A stretch of DNA of 64,000 nt from Nitrosopumilus sp. (GTDB lineage: Archaea > Thermoproteota > Nitrososphaeria > Nitrososphaerales > Nitrosopumilaceae). A program made the position numbers and the translations under genes. Position 1 is the first letter of the stretch. The number at the start of each line of letters is the position of its first letter. The notes under the pieces were generated by a model. That model did not search any database and had not been told where the DNA came from. It worked only from the letters and a program-made list of their open reading frames with translations. The DNA is taken from the NCBI GenBank assembly GCA_965249555.1, contig OZ252243.1:1664001-1728000 (forward strand), read 5' to 3'. This document shows positions 20,639 through 29,537 of the stretch, piece by piece.

Positions 20639-21877
20639 ATGATATTACAAAATTCAAAAAATGCATGGTATTTTTTGAATCAAGGTTTGGAAGCGGTTTA
20701 TTACAGTCAATTTAAAAAAGCTGTTTTAAAATTTAACAAGGCTATTTCTCTAGAACCTGAAAATACTGTGGCACAACTTCATAAAGGTAGAACATTATAT
20801 AAAATGGAAAATTTTCAAAATGCTGTAATTTGTTTTGACAATATCTTGTCTATAGATCCAAAAAGTTTAGATGCTTTATACAACAAAGGTCTTGCACTTG
20901 AAAAGGTAGAAAAATATGAAGAAGCGATATCTTCTTTCAAAAAATCTCTTGAAATTGATTCACAATATTCTGATTCATTAACATCCATGGGGTTGTGTTT
21001 TAGTAAATTAGACCGTAATGAAGAAGCTCTAAAAATAATTGATCAAGTTTTGTTGAAAAATGCAAAAAACTCTGCTGCTCTTTACGCTAAAAGTTTGATT
21101 CTGGGAAGATTAGAAAAAAGTTCAGAGTCAATACTATTCTTACAGCAAGCTATTGATGAAGATTCTAGACAATCTGATATTCTATATGAGAAAGGGCAAG
21201 AACTTACAAAGCAAGGAAAGCATACTGTAGCAATAAAATTCTACACCAAGGCTTTAGAGATAGATAGTAAAAACACTAAGGCATTAGTGGCCAAGGGCTG
21301 GACGCTTGATTTTGCAGGATTTTCCAACAAAGATATTTTTGTATTTTATGATGAGGCTCTAAAAATTGATCCAAGATGCACTGAGGCTCAATTCAATAAA
21401 GGAATAGTTTTGGATAGAACCCGTCTGTACAAAAAGGCTATAGAATGTTTTGATAAAATTTTAGAATATGACACTGATAATGTTCGGGCACTTTACAGTA
21501 AAGGTACATCTTTATCTCAATTGAAAAAGTTTGGCCAAGCAAGATTCTATTTTGAATGTGCATTAGAGCTTGAACCAGAAAATGTTGTTGCTTTGGGTAG
21601 TATGGTATGGTTTCTAGAACATTCAAAAAAATATGATGAGGCGCTTGAATACTGTGAAAAAGCATTAAAAATCAATCCAAATTACGTATATGCAATAAGC
21701 TATAAGGGAAAATTACTTTTATTATTAAAAAAATATGAAGAATCTCTAAAATGTTACAACAAAGCAATAGAACTTGATCCAAATAATCAAACTGCGCTTT
21801 TTCACCGATTTAAAGTACAAGATAAATTAAACAAAATGAAACAAGAGTCATTTTTAAAAAGACTTACAAAATTATGA
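20639..21877 (+). CDS. Tetratricopeptide repeat protein
   Basis: About 11 tandem 34-aa TPR units. Confidence 0.92.
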   Translation: MILQNSKNAWYFLNQGLEAVYYSQFKKAVLKFNKAISLEPENTVAQLHKGRTLYKMENFQNAVICFDNILSIDPKSLDALYNKGLALEKVEKYEEAISSFKKSLEIDSQYSDSLTSMGLCFSKLDRNEEALKIIDQVLLKNAKNSAALYAKSLILGRLEKSSESILFLQQAIDEDSRQSDILYEKGQELTKQGKHTVAIKFYTKALEIDSKNTKALVAKGWTLDFAGFSNKDIFVFYDEALKIDPRCTEAQFNKGIVLDRTRLYKKAIECFDKILEYDTDNVRALYSKGTSLSQLKKFGQARFYFECALELEPENVVALGSMVWFLEHSKKYDEALEYCEKALKINPNYVYAISYKGKLLLLLKKYEESLKCYNKAIELDPNNQTALFHRFKVQDKLNKMKQESFLKRLTKL

Positions 21878-21944
21878 TACTTTTAAGAAAAAATAAAAAT
21901 TAAATTTCGAATATTTTTATATTTGTTCTTTGTACTGATTAGTA

Positions 21945-22196
21945 ATGCAGAATGTTAGCACACAAGAAGATGTCAATAGAGAATCAAAAAGAATAATCAA
22001 TGCATTATATGGGGATGTAAGCGACTTTAGGGTCAATGAAACATTTCAAATTCCTGAAAAAGGACCTAGAGAAGCTTGGGATGTTCAAGTTAATTTTATG
22101 CTGAATGCTTTGAAATATACTGTGGACCTTGAAATCCAAGAGAAAGAAGGTCATGTAACTAGTGCACGATTAATTGATACAATGACCCCCCTCTAA
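21945..22196 (+). CDS. Hypothetical protein
   Basis: 83-aa ORF, coding-like composition. Confidence 0.75.
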   Translation: MQNVSTQEDVNRESKRIINALYGDVSDFRVNETFQIPEKGPREAWDVQVNFMLNALKYTVDLEIQEKEGHVTSARLIDTMTPL

Positions 22197-22238
22197 TTTT
22201 TTCAATATTTTATAAATTCAAATTATTATAAATGAACT

Positions 22239-22748
22239 TTACAGTGTTAAGATTTCTTTTGCAGCTTTAATCTTTACAAGTAATTCGTTAATGTAGCTAT
22301 CTGCAAATCTTTCAAAACTAGTAATTCCTTGGTTCTTTTTCTGTTTTTTGTACTCTTCTTGAAGCCAATTAAAATCTGATTCCTTTAGACTAATGGAATT
22401 ATTTTGAGCATCGTTTTTTGATTCAAGCATGTTAACGATAAAATAACTTACAAATTTTGTAAAGCATTTTACGCCATATTTTTTTTCATATTCATCCCCA
22501 AATTTTTTATGATTTTTTACTAACCAATCTTTTACATCCGATCTAATTGTTATCGTGTTATATCTACCCGACAAATCTAATTTTATTTTATGAGATTCTA
22601 CTGAATAATGCCCTCTCTTAATTTCATTCATTATGATGATTAAGGTACTAGGTAGAAACATTCCGGGATAGCTTTTGTCGGTTGCTTCTTGCAATCTAGT
22701 TGTAATAACTGGTTTCATGCCAAATGTCGAATATCCTTTGCCTGGCAT
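22239..22748 (-). CDS. Putative tandem ribbon-helix-helix DNA-binding protein
   Basis: Repeated beta-helix-helix-like units (YSTFGM / YNTITI / NSISL followed by GV/I.xF..F). Confidence 0.55.
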   Translation of the reverse strand: MPGKGYSTFGMKPVITTRLQEATDKSYPGMFLPSTLIIIMNEIKRGHYSVESHKIKLDLSGRYNTITIRSDVKDWLVKNHKKFGDEYEKKYGVKCFTKFVSYFIVNMLESKNDAQNNSISLKESDFNWLQEEYKKQKKNQGITSFERFADSYINELLVKIKAAKEILTL

Positions 22749-22796
22749 ATGAAATGGATCTAACTGGTGTTTATATTATTTTATGAATTTGGAAAG

Positions 22797-22967
22797 TTAA
22801 GTTTGCTTTTTTTTCAATTCTTTAATTAATCGAATTAATACCCAAAATGTTCCCATTACTACAATCCCTATGCCGAGACCACTAGAAAAAGCATTATCTG
22901 AACCAGATTGATTTAAACCCAGTCCTAAGATAATTAGAATAACTGCAAAAGCATATTGTTTATCCAC
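22797..22967 (-). CDS. Two-TM microprotein (56 aa)
   Basis: Manual translation MDKQYAFAVILIILGLGLNQSGSDNAFSSGLGIGIVVMGTFWVLIRLIKELKKKQT. Confidence 0.55.
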   Translation of the reverse strand: MDKQYAFAVILIILGLGLNQSGSDNAFSSGLGIGIVVMGTFWVLIRLIKELKKKQT

Positions 22968-23193
22968 GTTCTGCCTAAGAGGATTAATTTAATAACATTT
23001 TGAATTTTAAATTTGAGCAAAATTTTAGTAATGAAAATTTAATTATATCTTTTTGTAATCTAACAATAAGAGATTCATAATTTCATTATTTTACAAAATC
23101 ATTTAATTTATCCATTAAATTTCTGTTAAAACTACAAAATATGATGAATTATTTTGTTAAATGTACTATACGAATCATTTATTCCTCAAAAAA

Positions 23194-23210
23194 ACGTACT
23201 ATACTTGAAA
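23194..23210 (+). promoter_or_regulatory. Shared upstream motif ACGTACTATACTTGAAA
   Basis: 39 nt upstream of the symporter ATG; second GTACTATAC core at 23163-23171. Confidence 0.75.
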
Positions 23211-23249
23211 AATTCAATACTGATATAGTTTGATAAGTTCAATGAGATT

Positions 23250-24854
23250 ATGGTGGAGATGGATGGGTTTGGTATTGCCGTTGCCGCTTTTATTGTCATT
23301 ACACTTCTTGTTGGTGTATTCGCCGGTAAGCTAGTAAAAAATAGTGGTAAGCGACTGATCGTTGCAGGAAAAAGTCTACCTTTGTTTATGGTTGGAACTA
23401 TGCTTGCAGCACAAGCAGTTGATGGAAATTCATCGTTAGGAAATGTTGCACTTGTTTTTGAATTTGGATTTTGGGCAGGAGCAGTTATTCCGATTGGTTT
23501 AGGATTGTGTCTGTTTGTAACAGCTGCATTCTATGCTAAACCCCTAAACAAAATGTCAATGATTACATTACCTGATTTCTATTTCAGAAGATTTGGAAAT
23601 GGAGCAGAAGGTCTTTCCGGAATTCTTATGATAATTAGTTTTCTAATTCTTGTTGCAGGCAATTTAGCTGCTAGTGGATTTATTTTGGAAGTTGTGTTTG
23701 GTATAAATTATTTCTACGGTATTGCAATTTCAGCTATAGTTGTGGTAATCTATACTGTTGCTGGCGGATTATTTGCATCAGCCTATACAAATCTGTTCCA
23801 AGTTTATCTTGCAATTGGTGCATTTTGGGCTGGATTCCTTTTCTTTTATGGGGGATTTGCAGATACTCCTTGGGATGTCATTTACAACAACGCACCACCA
23901 GAGTTCATGGACCTGTCTGGATTGTACGACATGGCGAATGGAGCGCTGATTAATTGGGGTGCTATTCTTGCACTAGGACTGGGAGATATAGTTGCGCTTG
24001 ACTTTATGGAGCGAGTGTTTTCAGCTAAGAACCCCAAAACAGCACAAAGAGGTGCTTTAATGGGCGGTGCACTAACTATGTTTACAGTAATTCCAACTAG
24101 CATGTTGGGAATTGTAGCATTTTTCTATCTCCCAGCAGATACAATACCAGATTTAGCATTACCTTTACTATCCACAGAAATCTTACCATTTGCAATTGGT
24201 GCAGCAATACTGATGGGAGTAGTTGGGGCATCAATGTCTACTGCAAGTGGAGGACTATTGGCAATATCTAGTGTAATTTCCAGAAACATGATGCAGAGAA
24301 TTATCAGAAGACGATGGCAACAAAAACCAAATTGGAGCGATAGTCAATTACTCAAAGTTACTCGTCTTGTAATTATCCCAATGATGGTAATTGGAACTGC
24401 AATTGGTTATTTCGTACCAGCTCCTGGAATTTATCTCATCTTAGCATTTGACATAGTTTTTGCCGGAGCATTTGCTCCTCTTACATTAGGTTTGTTCTGG
24501 AAAAAGTCAAACATGCCAGCAGCCGTTGTAGCTCTTGTTGTTGGTTCACTAATACGATTCATCTTCTTCTTTACAATGCCAGAAGAATGGGCAGGATTAG
24601 ATACAATGATACCCCCAATCATTGCATTTGCTCTGTTCTTTGTAGTTGCACAAGCAACCCAAGGAAAGTATCCAGGAAAAGCAAGACACGATGTACGAGA
24701 CTATGTGCCACCTGAAGAAGATGTAATTGCAGGAGAAGATTTGTTACACTTCAAAAATGATACTTCGGCTACAAGTGCAGGTGGACCAAGCTCTGATACA
24801 CCAGGACCTGACACACCTGAACCCGATGATGCTACAAGTAAGGAAGTAACGTAG
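23250..24854 (+). CDS. Sodium:solute symporter (SSS/SLC5 family)
   Basis: VAGKSLP, ITLPDFYFRRFG, YTVAGGL, ERVFSAK, ASMSTAS; about 13 TMs. Confidence 0.92.
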   Translation: MVEMDGFGIAVAAFIVITLLVGVFAGKLVKNSGKRLIVAGKSLPLFMVGTMLAAQAVDGNSSLGNVALVFEFGFWAGAVIPIGLGLCLFVTAAFYAKPLNKMSMITLPDFYFRRFGNGAEGLSGILMIISFLILVAGNLAASGFILEVVFGINYFYGIAISAIVVVIYTVAGGLFASAYTNLFQVYLAIGAFWAGFLFFYGGFADTPWDVIYNNAPPEFMDLSGLYDMANGALINWGAILALGLGDIVALDFMERVFSAKNPKTAQRGALMGGALTMFTVIPTSMLGIVAFFYLPADTIPDLALPLLSTEILPFAIGAAILMGVVGASMSTASGGLLAISSVISRNMMQRIIRRRWQQKPNWSDSQLLKVTRLVIIPMMVIGTAIGYFVPAPGIYLILAFDIVFAGAFAPLTLGLFWKKSNMPAAVVALVVGSLIRFIFFFTMPEEWAGLDTMIPPIIAFALFFVVAQATQGKYPGKARHDVRDYVPPEEDVIAGEDLLHFKNDTSATSAGGPSSDTPGPDTPEPDDATSKEVT

Positions 24855-24992
24855 CAAAATCAAATAATGCAGAAGTCTCTGCTCATTTGATTTTATGTTC
24901 TTTATTTTTGATAAATTAAATTCATCAGTAAGCATATTTTAATATCTCTAAAAGTGGTTATAGTGCAGGTTTAACCAATTAATCCAAGTTTA

Positions 24993-25118
24993 ATGGTACC
25001 TCACGTGAGTTTGGATGGCGGCACTCCTGCCGAAGCCTGCGGCATTCAAGTCGAAGGAAAAAATCAATGGTTACCCCTTATTCAGAACGCAAAACTAGTT
25101 GATTTAACACGTGTTTAA
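24993..25118 (+). mobile_element. Remnant C-terminus of a DDE transposase
   Basis: PHVSLDGGTPAEACGIQVEGKNQWLPLIQNA matches the PH.SL.G.TPAE tail of DDE integrase/transposases; locally GC-richer. Confidence 0.7.
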
Positions 25119-25167
25119 AGCAAAACTACAAGCATTTAAGAATCTGAAATATATTAATATATTATAA

Positions 25168-25284
25168 TTGGAAGAAGAAGAGGAAGAAGAAATGACTGAT
25201 GAAAGTAGAGAAATAATAAAAGCACTTGTAAAGAAAACTTTGACTCGACACAGAATTATATTTGAACGATTAGACGAACTTTGA
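25168..25284 (+). CDS. Putative short antitoxin of the Doc module (38 aa)
   Basis: MEEEEEEEMTDESREIIKALVKKTLTRHRIIFERLDEL; stop overlaps the Doc start. Confidence 0.55.
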   Translation: MEEEEEEEMTDESREIIKALVKKTLTRHRIIFERLDEL

Positions 25285-25544
25285 TGATTGATTTTAATAC
25301 AGATGTTATTAAGGCAATTCATACTGAATTAGAAAAATCTTTTCCAAGAATGGAAAAGGGAATTATTCCTGAGAAAGAACCATTACTTCAATCTATTATT
25401 GAAAAACCAGATAGAATACTTTTTGGTGTTGAAAGCCCATATCAAGATTTGATAAGTAAAGCAGCTGTTATGATGGAGGCAATAACTCGATGGCATGTTT
25501 TTGTCGATGGAAACAAAAGAACATCATTTTTGACACACATCTAG
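25281..25544 (+). pseudogene. Fic/Doc family toxin, C-terminally truncated
   Basis: HVFVDGNKRT Doc motif followed 7 codons later by a stop. Confidence 0.75.
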
Positions 25545-25655
25545 GCTGGGATGATATTAATGGAGCAGTTTTGTGCCTAAAAATTGCTAATTTTTATAAT
25601 TATTATAATGAATATAATTTTTATAATGGGATTGTAACGTTATTGTAACGTTACA

Positions 25656-25778
25656 ATGATACCAAAAGAAAAACTACAATGGACTGAAAAAGATAGCAAG
25701 GATGCTAAGACATTTGTAGACGGTGTCAAAGATGGTTCTATCAAAACTACAAATTTCCTCAATTTAAAAAGGGCATAA
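25656..25778 (+). CDS. Antitoxin-like microprotein or remnant (40 aa)
   Basis: MIPKEKLQWTEKDSKDAKTFVDGVKDGSIKTTNFLNLKRA; perfect 16-bp palindrome overlaps the start. Confidence 0.4.
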   Translation: MIPKEKLQWTEKDSKDAKTFVDGVKDGSIKTTNFLNLKRA

Positions 25779-25779
25779 T

Positions 25780-26003
25780 CTTTACACATTACAACTATGC
25801 CGTGGGTTGCTGTATCTCCAATATCATTCATTAGTACTGTAAGAGATCTTCCTATTGATGAACCTACATAACGTGCGATTAGATTGTTGTTTTCGCTCTC
25901 TGCAATTACATAAACTCCTCTCGTTTCAACCCATTTTGGGGACAAATTGTCCGTTTCCGATTGGATTATAATCAAATGGGCCGTTCCAAGTTAGTTTTTG
26001 CAT
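25780..26003 (-). pseudogene. GIY-YIG nuclease-like remnant
   Basis: MQKLTWNGPFDY...FVP, frameshift, then TRGVYVIAE...RYVGSS. Confidence 0.5.
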
Positions 26004-26162
26004 ATATTGATAATTTCTTTACAAATAATAAATATTGAAAAGCTTAACAAAAGCTTCTGAAAAGCCAATCTCTGTTATTTCCATGCGTAAAAACATGATA
26101 TATTCATAAGAAAAGATTGGAAATTCTTTACTAGTCATATTCACTTGTGTCTATAACCATTG

Positions 26163-26295
26163 TTTAATGTACTAAACATTGATTGTAGAATTACTTTAAT
26201 GGACTAAACTTTGATTTTACGTTGTTTTAATGGATTAAACCTTGATTGTAGAACTGCTTTAACCCATTAAACCTTGATTCTAGAATTGTTTTAAT
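26163..26295 (+). repeat. Four degenerate 31-32-bp tandem repeats upstream of the chaperonin gene
   Basis: Unit approx. TTTAATGGAYTAAACCTTGATTGTAGAAYTGY starting at 26163, 26195, 26226, 26258, with a fifth partial at 26290. Confidence 0.85.
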
Positions 26296-26314
26296 ATCTA
26301 AAAGGAGGCTAAAA

Positions 26315-28009
26315 GTGATGAAATATCCAGGTTTGCTTGATCAAGATATTTCACGTATTGGATTACGAGAATCACAAATGTATAATTTAATCTCAGGCAA
26401 ACTTGTTACAGAAATAGTTAAAACATCTCTTGGTCCGCGCGGTATGGAAAAAATATACATTGACATACTTGGAGAAGATTCAATTACAAGTCACGGTGGC
26501 GCATTTTTGAGAAAAGTTGATGTTGATCATCCTGCAGCTAAGTCAGTTATTGAAGCTATAAACACAGTTGATACTCATGTTGGAGATGGTACTACATCTA
26601 CAGCTATTTTGATTGGTAGTTTACTCAAACATGCTGAAGAATTATTAAAAATTGGAATTCCTGTTGCTACAATTACTCGTGGTTATAATCAAAGTCTAGA
26701 CTGTGCTTTAGAAACATTGGATGAAATCAAGATAAAATCAAACCGAAGAGATAGAAAAATAATGCGACAATTACTAACTACCTGTTTAGAGGGAAAAGCA
26801 ATTTTTGATTTACAAGAAGAAAATACAATGATTGTAGATATTATCATTGAGGCTGTATGTGATATTGCCAACTTGGAAAGAGGACAGATAGATATCGATG
26901 ACATAAAAATTGAAGAAAAGATAGGAAATGCTACAGAAATACAATTGATCAAAGGTACAGTGATTGATAAAACGATAGATAGTTCAGCAATGCCTAGAAC
27001 TATCCACGATGCCAAGATTTTGTTAATTAATGAATCATTAGAACCCATGAGAACAAGAACCGAAGCAGAGATAGAAATAAACTCGCCCAAACAAATGAGT
27101 CAATTCCTTGACCAAGAAAACACAGACTTGCTTACACTTGTAAAAAATATTGTAGATTCAGGAGCTAATGTCGTAATATCTAGGAAAGGAGTTAATGAGT
27201 TTGTTCAAGAAGCTCTCGCAAAACATGGTATTATTTCAATGAGACGAGTAAAGTACAATGATTTATGGTGGCTAGAAAAGGCAACTGGTGCTAAGATCTG
27301 TAAAAATATTGAGAAAATATCTAATGGTGAATTAGGTTTTGCAAAAAGAGTGTATGAGAAGACTGTAGGTGGAGATAAAATGGTTTTTGTGGAAGGTGGA
27401 AACAATCCAAAATCTGTAACTTTGTTATTGAGAGCAAACTCTAAACGATTTCTAGATGAATTTCACAGAAATGCTTTGAATGCATTTTATGTATTAAGAA
27501 ATTTCATTGAACATCCGTTTATTGTATATGGTGCTGGCTCTGTTGAAGGAATAGTATCTCAAAAAATTAGAAAGCAAGCTATAACTGTTGAAGGTAAGGA
27601 ACAAATTGCAATACAAAAATTTGCAGATGCTGTAGACGAAATACCATTAACATTAGCACAGAATGTGGGAATGGATGTATTAGATACATTAACACAATTT
27701 CGAGCAAAATTTTCAACATTGAATGGTAAGATAAAATGGTATGGAATAAATTCTAACACTAGAAAGATATCTGATGTATCGTCATCTGACATTATAGAAA
27801 CAGTAGTTGTTAAACAACAAGTTTTCAAAACTGCAGTTGAAGTTGCCAACATGATACTGAATGTTGATGATGTGTTCATGAAGAATTTGATTGACAATAC
27901 CCATTGTCATATTGATGGAGTAGTTCACGCTCATCATGATGGTGGAAAGTCTCACAATCACTTTGAGCAAGAAGGATTAGAACAAAGACAAATGCATCAT
28001 TACTACTGA
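26315..28009 (+). CDS. Divergent group II chaperonin (thermosome) subunit with His-rich tail
   Basis: TSLGPRGM, HPAAK, VGDGTTS; C-terminus HCHIDGVVHAHHDGGKSHNH...HHYY; SD-like GGAGG upstream. Confidence 0.92.
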   Translation: MMKYPGLLDQDISRIGLRESQMYNLISGKLVTEIVKTSLGPRGMEKIYIDILGEDSITSHGGAFLRKVDVDHPAAKSVIEAINTVDTHVGDGTTSTAILIGSLLKHAEELLKIGIPVATITRGYNQSLDCALETLDEIKIKSNRRDRKIMRQLLTTCLEGKAIFDLQEENTMIVDIIIEAVCDIANLERGQIDIDDIKIEEKIGNATEIQLIKGTVIDKTIDSSAMPRTIHDAKILLINESLEPMRTRTEAEIEINSPKQMSQFLDQENTDLLTLVKNIVDSGANVVISRKGVNEFVQEALAKHGIISMRRVKYNDLWWLEKATGAKICKNIEKISNGELGFAKRVYEKTVGGDKMVFVEGGNNPKSVTLLLRANSKRFLDEFHRNALNAFYVLRNFIEHPFIVYGAGSVEGIVSQKIRKQAITVEGKEQIAIQKFADAVDEIPLTLAQNVGMDVLDTLTQFRAKFSTLNGKIKWYGINSNTRKISDVSSSDIIETVVVKQQVFKTAVEVANMILNVDDVFMKNLIDNTHCHIDGVVHAHHDGGKSHNHFEQEGLEQRQMHHYY

Positions 28010-28061
28010 GTCATTAACAATAAAAAAATATAATTTCGAAAATTATCTTTATGTTCTTTTA

Positions 28062-28406
28062 CTACTCTTTGTTGATAAAGAGATTCAACATAGTTCGTCC
28101 CTTGTCTGTGATTGTATAGATTACATTTGGTCCTACTGGTTCTTTTTCTATAAAGTTGTAATTCACACACAGATGTAGATAATTCAAAAATGATTTCTTC
28201 ATTCTGATCTTTGACTTTGAATACAAATTTGAGAATGTCATGGGATTTCCTCTAAGTTGATACAACAGCTTCAACAGTGATAGAGTACTGTAATCTCGTG
28301 TTCTTGCTTTTACTGCATCAAGTATTTGCACGTCTCTTTCTATGATGAAATCTTCGAATTGGTCGGCTACTTCTAGTGGCACATATGTTAGTCTTGTTCG
28401 CATCAT
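28062..28406 (-). CDS. Winged helix-turn-helix transcriptional regulator
   Basis: MTFSNLYSKS...FLNYLHLC...YTITDKG wing motif. Confidence 0.85.
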   Translation of the reverse strand: MMRTRLTYVPLEVADQFEDFIIERDVQILDAVKARTRDYSTLSLLKLLYQLRGNPMTFSNLYSKSKIRMKKSFLNYLHLCVNYNFIEKEPVGPNVIYTITDKGRTMLNLFINKE

Positions 28407-28409
28407 ACT

Positions 28410-28428
28410 GTATGGTACGGTACATTAC
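28410..28428. promoter_or_regulatory. Three overlapping GTA-N3-TAC palindromes
   Basis: GTATGGTAC 28410, GTACGGTAC 28415, GTACATTAC 28420, directly upstream of the wHTH start. Confidence 0.6.
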
Positions 28429-28581
28429 TTTATTAGTCTTTAACTTTAGCTTTGTTGATCTACCTAGCTGGTTTTTTTACACCTAGATCTCGATAGATGA
28501 ATCCAGGTTTATTGCAATTGTTAGAATTGTGAAATTATAATGAATAATCTCCTTTAAACAACGAAAATCTGAACGTTCTTT

Positions 28582-29517
28582 GTGGAAGTAGCAGTAAGTG
28601 CAATCCTAACTGTAGTTGGATTAGTAATGTTATGTTTTGGTGGAAATTGGTTAGTCAACGGTGGTGTAAACATTGCAAAAAAATTCCGAATAAGTAATCT
28701 TGTAATAGGAATGACTATTGTGGCATATGGTACTTCAACTCCAGAACTTGCTGCTAGTGTTGCTGCAGCAGGAGAACATAGTGCAATTATTCTAGGAAAT
28801 GTTATTGGAAGTAATATTGCAAACATTGGAATGGTGATTGGCATATCTGCAATGCTTATTCCTCTTGCAGTAAGAAAATCTATTTTACGAAAAGAAATTC
28901 CAATCATGTTGGGTGTTTCTCTTTTGCTTATTTTGCTTTCAGTTGATGGTGAACTTTCTACATATGATGGAATAATATTACTTGGTGGATTAGGTGTGTT
29001 TACATTTTATACATTCAAAGATGCAATGAAACATAGAGAGGAAAACAAAGAGACAAATGAAAAAGGAAAAAGCAACATATATCTAAAATCTATCGGATTA
29101 ATTGGAATAGGTGTTGCACTTTTGTATGTTGGTGCATTTCTTACAGTTGATAATGCTGTAATTTTAGCACAAGAGTTTGGATTATCAGAAAAAATTATTG
29201 GGTTGACTGTAATTGCAATTGGAACTTCTCTTCCAGAATTAATAACATCAATAATTGCAATTAGAAAGGGTCATGCAGATATTGGCATTGGTACCATTAT
29301 TGGAAGTAACATCTACAACATTTTGATGATAATGGGGATCGGTGCTGCGCTTGGAGGTATAATGATTGGTGCTGATGTTTATGTTGATTATGCAATAATG
29401 ATTATCTTTAGCGTTTCATTACTGATTGCTCTAAAAACTGGAATTATCAATAAAGCTATGGGTGTTTGTTTGACTATTGGCTATGTTGCATTTCTTGTAG
29501 TCACGTTTTTCAAGTAA
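28582..29517 (+). CDS. Ca2+/Na+ antiporter (CaCA, YrbG-like)
   Basis: Two alpha repeats GTSTPE...GSNIAN and GTSLPE...GSNIYN. Confidence 0.93.
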   Translation: MEVAVSAILTVVGLVMLCFGGNWLVNGGVNIAKKFRISNLVIGMTIVAYGTSTPELAASVAAAGEHSAIILGNVIGSNIANIGMVIGISAMLIPLAVRKSILRKEIPIMLGVSLLLILLSVDGELSTYDGIILLGGLGVFTFYTFKDAMKHREENKETNEKGKSNIYLKSIGLIGIGVALLYVGAFLTVDNAVILAQEFGLSEKIIGLTVIAIGTSLPELITSIIAIRKGHADIGIGTIIGSNIYNILMIMGIGAALGGIMIGADVYVDYAIMIIFSVSLLIALKTGIINKAMGVCLTIGYVAFLVVTFFK

Positions 29518-29537
29518 TTTGTGCCTGAATTTGGCAT

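Noticed and set aside
23250-24854. Call as DUR3 urea transporter
   Set aside because: Shorter than DUR3 and without the DUR3 motifs I could recognise; needs phylogeny
25640-25975. 111-aa minus-strand ORF as an intact gene
   Set aside because: Chimera of a frameshifted GIY-YIG remnant and antisense read-through
26163-26295. Possible degenerate CRISPR array
   Set aside because: No unique spacers and no cas genes in the window
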